Assembly: GCA_013151015.1 (NCBI GenBank)
Contig: JAADJA010000091.1
Span: 21,891 to 85,890 of the forward strand
Origin: Chlorobiota bacterium
Lineage (GTDB): Bacteria > Bacteroidota > Bacteroidia > Bacteroidales > JAADJA01
DNA: 64,000 bases
Reading direction: 5' to 3'
In this document: piece after piece, positions 28,557 to 38,200 of the stretch
How positions within the stretch are numbered: the stretch's first letter is position 1
How the letters are laid out: each line of letters begins with the position of its first letter
Program-made: the position numbers and the translations under genes
The notes under the pieces: generated by a model
The model's database searches: none
The model's input: only the letters and a program-made list of their open reading frames with translations
What the model was told of the DNA's origin: nothing

Positions 28557-29525
28557 CTATTCCCTCACAAAGCCTTTTAGCTCTTTTGGAACAGAATCAA
28601 AGGTTTCGCATTTTTCAGGGATGAGGGAAGGTTGGCCGTTTTTCTCCATAATCTCCATCCCATTTTCTTTTTCAAGGAGGAATTCAACAAACTTCAAGGC
28701 AACTTCCTTGTTGGGCGCATCATTGATTATGGTAATCCCATATACCATTGGTTCACCCTTCTTTGCAATTTTTTCCCCGGGCTTTTTCCCCGAAACCCCA
28801 ACATTTACAGAATTGTACAAAGATGTTAAATTAGGGTTTTTTAAATTCACCTCATCGGGCAATAACAGGAATTTAAGGCCATGTTGTTTGGCCACCGAGC
28901 GGTATAGGAAAATATAATCCAGGTTGCCCGACTCAAGTAATCCAAGTAAATCGGTTTCTTTTGGACGGATGTATTTCTTGTCCTTTTCAAGAAGTTCAGC
29001 GGCAATGCCCGGTCTTTTATAAAATTCCTCGGCCAACTTCATGGTGAGAACCGTACGATAGCCGCAAGGATCGGAATCGGGATCGGAACGGCCGTAAGCA
29101 ACCTCTTGGTTTAACAATATATCAATCCAATTGTCCTTATTGATTTCTTTATTGGATTTTGATTTTTCCGTAAAGACCAAAGCCATTTCATTGCTTGCAA
29201 ATTTAATGTTCCACGAAGCATGGTCGGGGATCAATAATTGGTCAATTACGGTATAATCGGCCGAGGCCATAATGTCGCAATCTTTTTTCATGTCGGTAAT
29301 TTTTCTTGCGCATGTACGGCTGCCCGCTGCCTCCATCAAAATATTGACATTGGGGTTTTCTTTCATAAAAGCAGCTGAAATTTCCTTAAACGGAACGGAA
29401 AGGCTCCCGGCATGAAAGATTATTAAGTTCCCCGATAACCCTTTGGCTTTGTTTTCTCCATGTTTGTTGCTGGTGCAGGAAATGAGAAATACGCTGAACA
29501 AGGCGATCATTACAATGTTTTTCAT
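28557..29525 (-). CDS. wtpA: Tungstate/molybdate ABC transporter substrate-binding lipoprotein, WtpA family
   Basis: Lipobox LISC. FHAGSLSVPFKEI..., SADYTVID, SDPDSDPCGYRT, LDYIFLYRSVAKQHGLKF and PMVYGITI track the archaeal/bacterial WtpA sequence as I remember it. Confidence 0.8.
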   Translation of the reverse strand: MKNIVMIALFSVFLISCTSNKHGENKAKGLSGNLIIFHAGSLSVPFKEISAAFMKENPNVNILMEAAGSRTCARKITDMKKDCDIMASADYTVIDQLLIPDHASWNIKFASNEMALVFTEKSKSNKEINKDNWIDILLNQEVAYGRSDPDSDPCGYRTVLTMKLAEEFYKRPGIAAELLEKDKKYIRPKETDLLGLLESGNLDYIFLYRSVAKQHGLKFLLLPDEVNLKNPNLTSLYNSVNVGVSGKKPGEKIAKKGEPMVYGITIINDAPNKEVALKFVEFLLEKENGMEIMEKNGQPSLIPEKCETFDSVPKELKGFVRE

Positions 29526-29536
29526 AATTAAATCCT

Positions 29537-29570
29537 ATTTTCGATTTGCACGTGCAAACATATCGAAAAT
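29537..29570. promoter_or_regulatory. Compound palindrome next to the wtpA start codon (candidate operator or 5'-UTR hairpin)
   Basis: ATTTTCGAT-TTGCACGTGCAA-ACAT-ATCGAAAAT: 9-bp outer arms around a 12-bp perfect inner palindrome. It ends 12 nt from the wtpA ATG (29525, minus strand). Confidence 0.45.
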
Positions 29571-29673
29571 TTCAAAACACCAAAACATTTTCTGTAAAAG
29601 TTTGTTAGTTGATAATTGTCCATTTGCATCGGAAATATTAAGGGAACAATAATCAATTTAAAACACAAATATA

Positions 29674-30456
29674 ATGGAACAACAAATAAAAACAATGGAA
29701 CATGAACATGCATATCAGGAAGAGCATAGCTGTGGATGCGGTTCAGGTGGCTGTGGAAGTCATGGTGGAAATGGAGGGCATTCCGATTTGCCCATTAAAT
29801 TCCAAATATTAAGAGCGGGCGACAAGGTAGTGGAATTGGGTTCGGGAACCGGAAACGATTGCTTCGCGGTTAGCCAGATTGTCGGAACGGAAGGGAATGT
29901 GGTCGGTGTTGATACTTCGGAGGAGAATATCAGTATTGCACGGAATTTTCAGGACCAGTTGAAAATAAGCAATGTGGAATTCAAGTCGGGGAAACTTGAG
30001 AATGTGCCATTGCCCAACGATTATGCGGATATCCTCTATTGCAACACTGCCTTTAACCTATATAACGACAAACAGAAAATCGCGGATGAAATGTACCGGG
30101 TCAGTAACCACAACGGTCTTTCGTGTGTGACCGATTTTATCGTTTTCCATGATATCCCCGAAGGCTTGAGAAAAGATGCGGCCAAATTTGCCGATTCCAT
30201 TTCCGGGGCTGAATCACCAGAGAAATTCATGGGATATTTCAGGAAGACCGGTTTTGGGAATGTGGATATCATTGAAATAAATAAAGTGCAGTTTCCCGAT
30301 GGTGTATTTGAAAAACACCTCGATGACGAACAAATAAGGCAGTACAATGATGTGGAATCGGACAAAGGTATCTTCAAGGTAACCCTGATTGCCGAAAAGC
30401 CAACGACCTGTGCCCCGGAGACTTGTTGCTGCAACCATGAAAAGCACTTGAATTAA
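29674..30456 (+). CDS. Class I SAM-dependent methyltransferase with Cys-rich termini (ArsM-like)
   Basis: VVELGSGTGNDCF is the SAM motif I. N-terminal CGCGSGGCGSHGG and C-terminal CAPETCCCNHE cysteine clusters are present. Confidence 0.65.
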   Translation: MEQQIKTMEHEHAYQEEHSCGCGSGGCGSHGGNGGHSDLPIKFQILRAGDKVVELGSGTGNDCFAVSQIVGTEGNVVGVDTSEENISIARNFQDQLKISNVEFKSGKLENVPLPNDYADILYCNTAFNLYNDKQKIADEMYRVSNHNGLSCVTDFIVFHDIPEGLRKDAAKFADSISGAESPEKFMGYFRKTGFGNVDIIEINKVQFPDGVFEKHLDDEQIRQYNDVESDKGIFKVTLIAEKPTTCAPETCCCNHEKHLN

Positions 30457-30466
30457 GCATATTTCA

Positions 30467-30500
30467 TTAAGGGCTTCACTTTGAGTGAAGCCCTTAATTT
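30467..30500. terminator. Bidirectional intrinsic terminator
   Basis: TTAAGGGCTTCAC-TTTGA-GTGAAGCCCTTAA followed by TTT: a 13-bp perfect stem between convergent genes. Confidence 0.8.
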
Positions 30501-30508
30501 ATTGTCAA

Positions 30509-33376
30509 TTACTCTTTTGCTTCCGGGACAATCTTCAATTTCACGGTTTCGCCATTGCGGTTAACGCTCACATCATATTCAATATCGGGTTTCATTTCGT
30601 TCATGATGTTCATGAAATCATAAATATTCTTCACATCTTTCCCGGCAAGGCTGATGATCACATCGCCACCAAGGATACCGGCCTTTGCGGCCGGGCCTCC
30701 GTCACGGGTTCCCTGGACTCCCATTCCCGTTCCATCACCGCCCGAATAAACGGGGATGGTCCCTAAGGTTATGGAGTAGGAACCTTTTGTCCCCTTTGTC
30801 TTTCTGATTTTTACTTTTTGATATGTAATTGTTTGATCGGGCTTCATCATTTCCTTGATAATAAGGGAAGCCAATTTGGTCCCTCGCTGTAAATCCCCGA
30901 AATTGATCAGTTCCACATCGTCTTTGTAAGTGTGGTAATCCATATGGATGCCCGAAAAGAAACTGATGACCGGGATTTTTTGCAGATAAAATGATGTAAC
31001 ATCCGTTGGCAAATACGGATCATCCGTCATGCTAAGGTTAAACCCAGTTACAATGTTCTTTTTCTCAAAAATCTTTTTCCATTCGGTTGCAGAAGCCACT
31101 CCCTGGATTTCCAGTTTATTGTCTTTTACACGGCCTACCATATCAAAGTTCACATAGGCCTTTATTTTATCGGCAGGAACGGGTAGGTCAGACGTAAAAG
31201 CGGCAGAACCAAGCAATCCCAATTCCTCGCCCGACCAAAGGCAGAAAACAAGATTGGCCGTAATAGCTTCGGGATTCTCTTTTTTTAGCCCGGCAAAATA
31301 TTCTGCCAGCTCCAAAACGGTAACTGTTCCCGAACCATTGTCATCGGCGCCATTGCAGATGTCATGTTTGTGTCCTTCGTCCGAGCGGCTGTTCACCTCG
31401 CCATATCCCAAATGATCGTAATGGCCCCCGATAAATATATAGGGAGCATCTTTATCTTCGGAATAAATTGCTCCCACAATGTTATTGTCCTGCTTTACGA
31501 CACGTTCCAGTTTTGTCTTGATCTTTACTTTTGTGTTCAGTGCAAATAAATGTTTGTTTGCTTTGGGATCGCCACCTTCCAGGTTTTTCTTTGCTTCCTC
31601 AACACTTAGTTCTTTTTCGGCCAGCAGGACATTTGCAACCGATTCGGAAATGTTCAATGAAATAATCCCGGCCGAGCCCACCATCTCTTTGGAACGTTCA
31701 TTATTTATTTCACCTGTGATTATCAAAATGGCTTTGGCGCCCAACTGACGGGCCAGCATTTGTTTGTAACCACCTGAAATATTCCGTTCAAAAAGCTCTT
31801 GTTTTTCTTTATCAAGCCCTTCGGGGATTCCTTCAAGGACCATCACAACCTTATCTTTTACATCAATATCCGAGTAGGAATTGTAATGGTAGTTGCCTTT
31901 TTCGTCCACCTTAAGTCCATAACCTGCAAAAACCACTTCCGATTTCACTTCCCCATTATCGCTTGAAGACAGCGGGACATAGTCTGTATTGAGCTTGTAG
32001 GGTTTTCCATCCACGATAAACTCATTGGCCTCTGCGATTACTTTGTAATCCGACACAAAATCAAATGGGAAAAGGTAATCTTTGTTTTCGGCCAGAGGCT
32101 GTAACCCCAGGTCAGAAAAGATATTTGAAATATAATCGGCGGCTTTTTTTGCCCCTTCGCTCCCGGTCAATCGGCCTTCCAGTTCATCCGAGGCAATGTA
32201 GGTCAATTTTTCTTCCAGTTCCCCTGTTTTTATTTCAGGAAGAAAGTGATAGTTTAGTTTATCTTTTTTTTTTTCTCTCAATGGAGCATTTTCCAAAGCT
32301 TTCATTGCGTATTCGTTGTCCCAGTCGGCGATAAAGAGCTGTGCTTCTTTGCCATCGATCCTGGAAGATGTCCAGACCAGTTTTTTGCCATCGGGGGTAA
32401 AAACCGGCAAGCCGTCAAAACTCTCCGTATAGGTAACCCTCACGGGTTCTTTTAATCCTGCGGTATCGACCAGGAAGAGTTCAAAATTCGAGTACCCCAA
32501 TTTATTGGATGCGAAAATGATATACCCTGCTTCTGGATAGTGGTAGTACGGTGCCCAGGCAAGGCAATCAAAATCGGTGATCCGTTTTACGTTGCTGCCA
32601 TCGATATCCATGGTAAACACATCGGCCATATCGCCTTCTGGGGTAAAGCGGCGCCATATGATTTTCTTTCCATCGGGCGAAAAAAACGGGCCTCCGTCGT
32701 AACCCGGTGTGTCGGTCAGCTTTTTCAAATTTGAACCATCGGCATCCATGATGTAAAGTTCGCAAAAGTAGGCGGGGTTGAGCTTTAACCAGTTTTTCTC
32801 TTCTGTTGTGAGTTCATGGTCAAAAGCTGTCCGGTTGGATGCAAAAACGATGTGTTTTCCATCCGGCGAATAAGCACCTTCGGCATCATAACCATAGGCA
32901 TCGGTCAATTGTTTTATGTCGGAGCCATCCCTGTTTGCCGAAAATATGTCCATATAAGGCTCATAATCCCAACTGTATCGTTTCTTCTGCCCCGAAGCCC
33001 TGAAGTCGAGTTCCTCTTTTTGCTTTTTGCGGGCATCCGGATCAAGGTGGCTGGAAGCGAACAAAACCCTGTTGCCTTCATCGCCCCATTGAAAATAGGA
33101 GCAAGTGGTTTTCCCATATCCAGGAGACACCCTGTTCACGTCCCCGGTTTCAAAATCGAGGATGTATATCTGGTAAAACGGGTTGTCGGCTTCCCGTTCG
33201 CTTTGGAAGATCATATATCTCCCGTCCTGTGAGAAATAACCTTCGCCCGAACGTTTCCCTTCATAAATAAGCTGGCGGGTGTTTTTCAGGAAATTCTTTT
33301 CAACAGCCCCTTTTTCCTGGGCAAATAATTGAAATGACAAAACAGTTGCGAATGCAATAACAAAAAACTTTTTCAT
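30509..33376 (-). CDS. Multidomain periplasmic protein: PD40/TolB-like beta-propeller + M28 aminopeptidase + C-terminal PDZ
   Basis: Repeated PD40-like SPDGK motifs (SPDGKHIVFASNR, FFSPDGKKIIWRR, FTPDGKKLVWTSSR). M28 region (GGHYDHLG, NGADDNGSG, SGEELGLLGS). PDZ-like tail (GGPAAKAGILGGDVIISLAGKDV). Start taken at MKKFFVIAF (33376); ATG 33397 is also possible. Confidence 0.8.
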   Translation of the reverse strand: MKKFFVIAFATVLSFQLFAQEKGAVEKNFLKNTRQLIYEGKRSGEGYFSQDGRYMIFQSEREADNPFYQIYILDFETGDVNRVSPGYGKTTCSYFQWGDEGNRVLFASSHLDPDARKKQKEELDFRASGQKKRYSWDYEPYMDIFSANRDGSDIKQLTDAYGYDAEGAYSPDGKHIVFASNRTAFDHELTTEEKNWLKLNPAYFCELYIMDADGSNLKKLTDTPGYDGGPFFSPDGKKIIWRRFTPEGDMADVFTMDIDGSNVKRITDFDCLAWAPYYHYPEAGYIIFASNKLGYSNFELFLVDTAGLKEPVRVTYTESFDGLPVFTPDGKKLVWTSSRIDGKEAQLFIADWDNEYAMKALENAPLREKKKDKLNYHFLPEIKTGELEEKLTYIASDELEGRLTGSEGAKKAADYISNIFSDLGLQPLAENKDYLFPFDFVSDYKVIAEANEFIVDGKPYKLNTDYVPLSSSDNGEVKSEVVFAGYGLKVDEKGNYHYNSYSDIDVKDKVVMVLEGIPEGLDKEKQELFERNISGGYKQMLARQLGAKAILIITGEINNERSKEMVGSAGIISLNISESVANVLLAEKELSVEEAKKNLEGGDPKANKHLFALNTKVKIKTKLERVVKQDNNIVGAIYSEDKDAPYIFIGGHYDHLGYGEVNSRSDEGHKHDICNGADDNGSGTVTVLELAEYFAGLKKENPEAITANLVFCLWSGEELGLLGSAAFTSDLPVPADKIKAYVNFDMVGRVKDNKLEIQGVASATEWKKIFEKKNIVTGFNLSMTDDPYLPTDVTSFYLQKIPVISFFSGIHMDYHTYKDDVELINFGDLQRGTKLASLIIKEMMKPDQTITYQKVKIRKTKGTKGSYSITLGTIPVYSGGDGTGMGVQGTRDGGPAAKAGILGGDVIISLAGKDVKNIYDFMNIMNEMKPDIEYDVSVNRNGETVKLKIVPEAKE

Positions 33377-33416
33377 AGTGTTTATCGATAGATTCATACG
33401 TGTATTAAAACTGTGG

Positions 33417-33424
33417 CAAAAGTA
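33417..33424 (-). promoter_or_regulatory. Candidate -7 box for the peptidase gene
   Basis: The minus strand reads TACTTTTG (exact TAnnTTTG), 20-40 nt upstream of the candidate start codons. Confidence 0.4.
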
Positions 33425-33476
33425 TATCTTTTTATGTGAATGTTTATGTTTTTGTGTGCTACTTATTTTGGATATA

Positions 33477-33507
33477 TTGCATAATAATGCGAATCAAGGC
33501 TTAAAAT
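33477..33507 (+). promoter_or_regulatory. Conserved ~30-nt motif, copy 1 (TTGCAT..TAATGCGAATCAAGGSTTAAAAT)
   Basis: Near-identical to 63887-63916. It contains a 5-codon mini-ORF ATG CGA ATC AAG GCT TAA (33487-33504). Confidence 0.5.
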
Positions 33508-33644
33508 CAAATTCAAGATTTTTCAAAACCTCCCTGAAAGTGCAGCTTGTTTGGCCCAATGGCATCCTGCCTGCGGTAAGCAGTCACCTTGCGATGAAAT
33601 ATTTTAATCCTGATAGTTCACCAAAAAAACATATCTTTGCTTTC

Positions 33645-34217
33645 ATGGACAACGATACCCTTTATATTAAAAATATGGTTTGCCCCCGATGTATCCAATC
33701 CGTTCAACGAATAATCACGGAGGCCGAACTGGATTTGGTCCATATCGAGTTGGGAAAAGTAGTTGTGTACAATAAAGTAAGCAGGGAACAACTTTCAGAA
33801 ATAGACAAACAACTAAAAGACAGCGGTTTTGAACTCTTACAGGACAAGACCCAAAAAACCATCGAAGAAATAAAAACGGAAATTATCAATATGATCCATT
33901 ACGAAAAAAAGATTGATGGGCATGTGAACATATCCAACCATCTTTCAAAAAAAACGGGATGTGATTATTCCTACCTCAGCAACTTGTTCTCTTCTGTGGA
34001 AGGTATCACCATCGAGAAGTACCTTATCAGGCAAAAAATAGAACGGGCAAAAGAGTTGTTGGTTTATGATGAGCTTAGCTTGAAGGAGATTTCATGGGAC
34101 CTGGGCTATAGTAGCGTTCAGCACCTCTCCACCCAATTCAGGAAAATCACGGGATTAAGCCCATCGCAATTCAAAAAGCTTCGTTCTATTGAGCGGAAGC
34201 CTTTGGATCAGGTGTAG
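33645..34217 (+). CDS. AraC-family transcriptional regulator with N-terminal HMA-like metal-binding domain
   Basis: I moved the start to ATG 33645 (MDNDTLYIKNMVCPRC), which gives an MxCxxC HMA-type motif. The C-terminal AraC HTH is SLKEISWDLGYSSVQHLSTQFRKITGLSPSQF. Confidence 0.8.
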   Translation: MDNDTLYIKNMVCPRCIQSVQRIITEAELDLVHIELGKVVVYNKVSREQLSEIDKQLKDSGFELLQDKTQKTIEEIKTEIINMIHYEKKIDGHVNISNHLSKKTGCDYSYLSNLFSSVEGITIEKYLIRQKIERAKELLVYDELSLKEISWDLGYSSVQHLSTQFRKITGLSPSQFKKLRSIERKPLDQV

Positions 34218-34499
34218 GGGGGGTATTTGGTAAAACCCAAAGCCCAAAATTCAAATATCGAACAGAGCCCCAAAATCCAATCGGCAGATAAATTTCTATT
34301 AAGGTCAAAAACCAGATTTTTTAATCTGGTAAAAACCATAATTCAGAAGTATGCACAACTTTATTGCCTTTATTCTTAGGATAATTTGTTTTACGCTAAG
34401 CAAGGGGTTCTGGATCTGTTATTCTTCTGTGATTCTATCAATTGCCTTCAAATTTCGTATTGAATTAACACCAATTTCCTTGTCAAATTTCAATGCTCC

Positions 34500-34564
34500 C
34501 CAAAATCATATAACTATTTCCCAAAATTATATAACAATTATGATTGAACAATTATGTACTTTTG
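34500..34564 (+). promoter_or_regulatory. Candidate activator-dependent promoter of the efflux operon: two 15-bp direct repeats plus a -7 box
   Basis: CCAAAATCATATAAC (34500-34514) and CCAAAATTATATAAC (34521-34535) have a 21-bp period. TACTTTTG lies at 34557-34564. The ATG is at 34583. Confidence 0.5.
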
Positions 34565-34582
34565 CCGTTGTAAATTTTAATA

Positions 34583-34960
34583 ATGATAAAAAGAGCAAGT
34601 CATATCGTCCTCGTCATTATCCTAATGGTCTCAACCACAGGGGTTGCCTTCTCAAAGCACTACATGATGGGCGAGTTGTTCGATGTATCTATAATAGGTG
34701 ATGCTGATCATTGCTGCACAATCCCGTGCGATTGTTGCGATGATGAATTTGAATTTCACAAATTGGAAGTGAAATTTATTGGTTCAGATGTGCAGGTTAC
34801 GTTCAATGAAATAAAACCAATTGATTTATTGATCAATACGTTGTTTTTTGATGTTGAAGCCGAAATGGATATCCTTGCAAACAAAATTGAATTTGCAAAT
34901 AACCATCCACCGCCAAAGGATTCCTTTGCACCGACTTTTACGCAATCATTTCTTTTATAA
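34583..34960 (+). CDS. HYC_CC_PP-family small membrane-anchored protein
   Basis: 125 aa with an N-terminal TM helix, then KHYMMGE, the CC cluster (HCCTIPCDCCDDE) and HPPP near the C-terminus. This matches the family name as I recall it, and the family is commonly found upstream of Bacteroidota metal RND pumps. Confidence 0.65.
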   Translation: MIKRASHIVLVIILMVSTTGVAFSKHYMMGELFDVSIIGDADHCCTIPCDCCDDEFEFHKLEVKFIGSDVQVTFNEIKPIDLLINTLFFDVEAEMDILANKIEFANNHPPPKDSFAPTFTQSFLL

Positions 34961-35291
34961 ATATTCTTTTAAAGGCTTAGGAGAGAGTTCTGGTATCCCG
35001 TCCTGCATTTTGTGGCAGTAAACGGCAGGCCAAAGCCGAACTTCCTATTGCCACTGTGATTTCAGGGAAACCGGGACTGAAATACCTTTGGGCATTTAAC
35101 TCGTTATACTTCCCTTTCCTGAAACAACTCCACTATCAACAAGATTTGAAAATTATTTGTTCAATCTAATTAATTACAAGATGTTAAATAAAATAAGCAA
35201 ATTTCTCCTTGTTTATAGTCTCTGGTGTTTGTTTGTAATACCATCAATTGTCTTTTGTAAATATAATTCATAACCTCTAATAATAACAAGT

Positions 35292-38200
35292 ATGCTAAAT
35301 AAGATAATAAAATATTTTTTGGAAAACAAGCTGGTAACGAGTATGGTTGTACTGGGGTTCGTTCTCTGGGGGATATCAACAGCACCTTTTGACTGGGGCG
35401 AAGGCCTGATACCAAGGGATCCCGTACCAGTAGATGCCATTCCCGATATTGGCGAAAACCAGCAAATAGTGTTTACTGAATGGATGGGTCGTTCGCCACA
35501 AGATGTTGAGGATCAGATTACATATCCCTTGACGGTAGCCATGTTGGGAGTCCCGGGGGTAAAAACCATTCGCAGTAGCTCTATTTTTGGGCTATCGACC
35601 ATTTATATCATCTTTGAAGATAATATTGAGTTTTACTGGAGCCGGACTCGGATACTCGAAAAGCTGAGTTCCCTTCCATCCGGTACATTGCCTTCGGGGA
35701 TACAACCGGCACTTGGCCCCGATGCCACAGCACTGGGCCAGGTATATTGGTACACATTGGAAGGCCGCAATCCCGAAACAGGTGAGCCCACAGGTGGCTG
35801 GGACCCCCAGGAATTAAGGACTATACAGGACTTTTATGTGGGATATGCCCTTACTTCGGCCGGAGGGGTTTCGGAGGTGGCTGCCATTGGCGGATTTGTA
35901 AAAGAATATCAGGTTGATATCGATCCCGATGCCATGAAAGCGGCCAACGTAACAGTTGCACAGATAATGAAGGCCGTAAAAGAGAGCAACCTGGATGTCG
36001 GTGCCAGGACAATGGAATACAACCGGGCCGAGTATATCGTAAGGAGCCTTGGCTATGTTCAAAACCTTGATGACCTAAGAGAGGCCGTTGTTGCGGTAAA
36101 CGACAATACACCCATACGCATAAAAGATGTGGCCGTTGTTAATTATGGACCCGAAACCCGTAGGGGCGGGCTTGACAAAGGCGGTGCCGATGCTACAGGG
36201 GCAGTAGTTGTTTCGCGCTATGGCGAGAATCCACTTGAGGTGATAAACAATGTGAAAAAAGTAATCGAAGATATTTCGCCCGGCCTGCCCAGTAAAACAT
36301 TGCCCGATGGGACAATTTCAAAAGTTACCATAGTGCCTTTTTACGACCGTTCAGGCCTGATCAAGGAAACCATTGGTACTTTGGAAGAGGGCTTGGGTCT
36401 CGAAATACTCATCAGTATCATAGTGGTGATGATCTTGGTGCTCAACCTTCGCGCATCAATCTTAATATCCAGCTTATTGCCCATCGGCGTACTGATGACT
36501 TTTATTACCATGCGCAAATTCGGGGTTGATGCCAATATCGTGGCCTTATCGGGCATTGCAATCGCTATTGGCGTAATGGTGGATGTGGGCATTGTTTTTA
36601 CCGAGAACATAGTCCGACATCTCGAGTTTCCCGAGAACAAAGGTATCAGGGGAAAAAAACTGCTTGTCGTGATTTACGAGGCAACCATTGAGGTCGCATC
36701 GGCCGTGATCACTGCCCTGGCAACAACCGTGGTTAGTTTTTTACCGGTATTCGCTATGCAGGCAGCAGAAGGGAAACTGTTCAGGCCTTTGGCTTTTACG
36801 AAAACATTCGCCCTCTTATCGGCTTTGGTGATTGCATTGGTCGTTATCCCGGCCATGGCCCATGTGTTGTTTAATATCAATTTTGAGAAAAAGCGGATCA
36901 AGCGTATTTGGAACGGATCACTGATCGCCCTGGGGATCGGGCTGGCAATTTATTCAGGAATCCTGCTGGCTCTCGTACTTGTTGTTTTTGGGATAAATAA
37001 CCTGCTTGAAAACCGCTGGCCCGAAAACAAAAGAAAATATGTCAACATCATCAATATAGTGATTTCGCTAGTGGTAGTGGTTTATTTCCTTACCCATGTC
37101 TGGATGCCAATGGGCGCCCAAAACAGCATGTTGGTCAACTTCCTCTTTGTTTCGGTGCTCATTGGGATTGTGCTTGGGTCACTTATGACCGTTGTTCACT
37201 TTTACTCTTATATATTAAGATGGTGCCTTAACAATAAATGGACTTTCTTGTTTATCCCAATAGCAATTATCCTTTTCGGGATTACGACATGGCTTGGGTT
37301 CAATAGTGTTTTTGGCTTTGTTGCAGATGGGGTCAATGTGGTTGGGATAGACCTACGGCAAACAAGTGGTTGGCAGGCAATTGACAAAAAACTCCCAGGG
37401 GCAGGAAAAGAGTTTATGCCTGCCTTGGACGAAGGTTCGTACCTGCTTATGCCTACCACCATGTCGCACTCGGGTGTTGAAGAAAACATGGAGGTCATAC
37501 GGATCGTTGACCAGAAAGTAGGTGCCATACCCGAAGTTGAATCGGTCGTGGGGAAATGGGGCCGTGTAAAATCAGCTCTTGACCCAGCACCTATTTCAAT
37601 GTTTGAGAATACCATCAATTATAAATCGGAATTTATGGTAAACGAGGCCGGCTACCGGATTCGTTTCAAGGTGGACGATGACGATGCTTTTATGCTTAAA
37701 GACGGCACCACTTATAAGTTCGGGGAAGACGAATTCCGACAGATAGCAAGGGAAGACCTGATCGAAGACAAGAAAAACGGGAATTACTTCCGTCAATGGC
37801 GCGAAGAAATCAAATCGCCCGATGATATATGGCAGGAAATCGTAAAAGCGGCCAAAGTGCCCGGAATGACTTCCGCCCCAAAATTGCAGCCTATCCAAAC
37901 GAGATTGATCATGCTTTCGACAGGAATGCGGGCTCCCATTGGCATAAAGGTTTTCGGACCTGATTTGGAAACAATAGAAAAAGTGGGCCTCGATTTGGAA
38001 AAAATCCTGCAACAGGTGCCGAGCATCGAACGCTCATCGGTATTTGCCGACAGAATCGTGGGAAAACCGTATTTGGAATTTGATATTGACCGGAAAGAAA
38101 TTGCCCGGTATGGGCTTACCATGAAGGACATTCAAAACTACATTGAGGTTGCCATTGGTGGCATTAAGCTCTCCACTACCGTGGAAGGCAGGGAACGGTT

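Noticed and set aside
29526-29673. Molybdenum-cofactor riboswitch upstream of wtpA.
   Set aside because: The leader is AT-rich and short, without the GC-rich multi-stem core of the Moco motif. Only the compound palindrome stands out.
34351-34701. 116-aa ORF overlapping the promoter region and the start of the HYC_CC_PP gene.
   Set aside because: It spans the direct-repeat/-7-box promoter region and overlaps the better-supported 34583 frame out of phase. It has no motifs.
35040-35090. Possible cobalamin riboswitch, because of GCCACTG and GGGAAA strings.
   Set aside because: The order and context of the elements do not match the cobalamin riboswitch architecture: there is no GGTG..AAT.CC segment and no B12 box after GCCACTG. 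A metal efflux pump is also not a known B12-regulated target.
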